A stretch of 64,000 bases of DNA from Botryllus schlosseri (lineage: Eukaryota), in contig CM119372.1 of the NCBI GenBank assembly GCA_051294905.1, positions 31,808,001-31,872,000 of the forward strand. Direction: 5' to 3'. Below, in pieces: positions 63,341 to 64,000 of the stretch. Each line of letters opens with the position of its first letter. Within the stretch, counting starts at the first letter, position 1. The notes below the pieces were generated by a model, which worked only from the letters and a program-made list of their open reading frames with translations, searched no databases and was not told the DNA's origin. The position numbers and the translations under genes were made by a program.

Positions 63341-64000
63341 TGTACAACAAAATCAGAATATTGGTTGCAACTAGTAAATACTCTTGTTGAGTTGTGTGTT
63401 CGATGAAAATGATAGATTGCACATATGCTTCGAGGTTGGTGAAGAAAATCTAATAGTCAATATCGTGATAGCTTGTGATAAAACACAGAAAATAGACTCG
63501 TGTTTTCAATTAGGTTGTGACTGTGACGCTTTAATGCATGTTTTAAGAGACCTTGACGCGCAAGAAACACTTTCACGTTATTCAACAGTTCGATTGATAC
63601 AACATACTCACTATACGACTTAGCGCGAGAGTGTAAATGACACCGAATATCTAGTTTTCAAAAGCAACTGTCTTCTGGTTGTATTGATGTGAGTACAATC
63701 ATTCGATAACCATCCACTTTTCTTTAGTAAAGTAGCTTGTTCTGTGTGTTAGATTGGTGAGGCATGGGTCGAATACATATCTACTGTTATCTAGGGGAAA
63801 CAAGATGATTGCGATTACATTGACAGATCTGTCAACCAGTGACTATGGCTTTGTGTCACGAAAGACGCCGCGAAAACGTGGTAGAAAATTTTTGTTTTGT
63901 CAAAAAATGTTTGAATACCGATGTGAGTGCGAAATGGGAATTTCAGGACGATATTTTCACGAATGTTACATGTCGCGCTGAACCTGAAGGGCAGGATTTG

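Larger units (their letters stand above)
56442..64000. mobile_element. Decayed Polinton/Maverick (endogenous dsDNA virus-like element), termini not visible
   Basis: Cluster of protease, major capsid C-terminus, minor-capsid-like and A32-ATPase-like remnants in AT-rich DNA that lacks the MITEs seen elsewhere; interrupted by the L2 copy. Confidence 0.8.

Noticed and set aside
63754..64000. Polinton pPolB N-terminal Cys/His region (C...C.C...HECYM)
   Set aside because: Suggestive and in the right context, but too short and degenerate; needs downstream sequence.

Overview
Eukaryotic (animal) genomic DNA, AT-rich and dense with repeats. The host is probably a marine invertebrate (tunicate-like, not provable from the sequence). 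Two host genes are visible. One is an intronless orphan rhodopsin-family GPCR (5447-6550, -). The other is a multi-exon DBH/MOXD-like copper monooxygenase (+), assembled by hand from 14 GT-AG exons (24784-46900, 553 codons in frame). It unusually carries TWO tandem DOMON domains; its C-terminal CuM exons were not found in the window. Much of the rest is transposon-derived: two copies of an L2/CR1-group LINE, an RTE LINE, tRNA-derived SINEs, many nested non-autonomous hAT elements with 8-bp TSDs (Charlie-, Ac/Tol2- and Blackjack-like ends), a foldback element with ~700-bp arms and a 7-bp TSD (Galileo/P-like), and a hAT element with a decayed transposase of a type I recall from oomycetes, algae and mosses. 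The last ~7.5 kb is a decayed Polinton/Maverick: an intact adenain-like protease, the major capsid C-terminus, and probable minor capsid and packaging-ATPase remnants, split by a LINE. All calls are from manual reading; no database searches were run.
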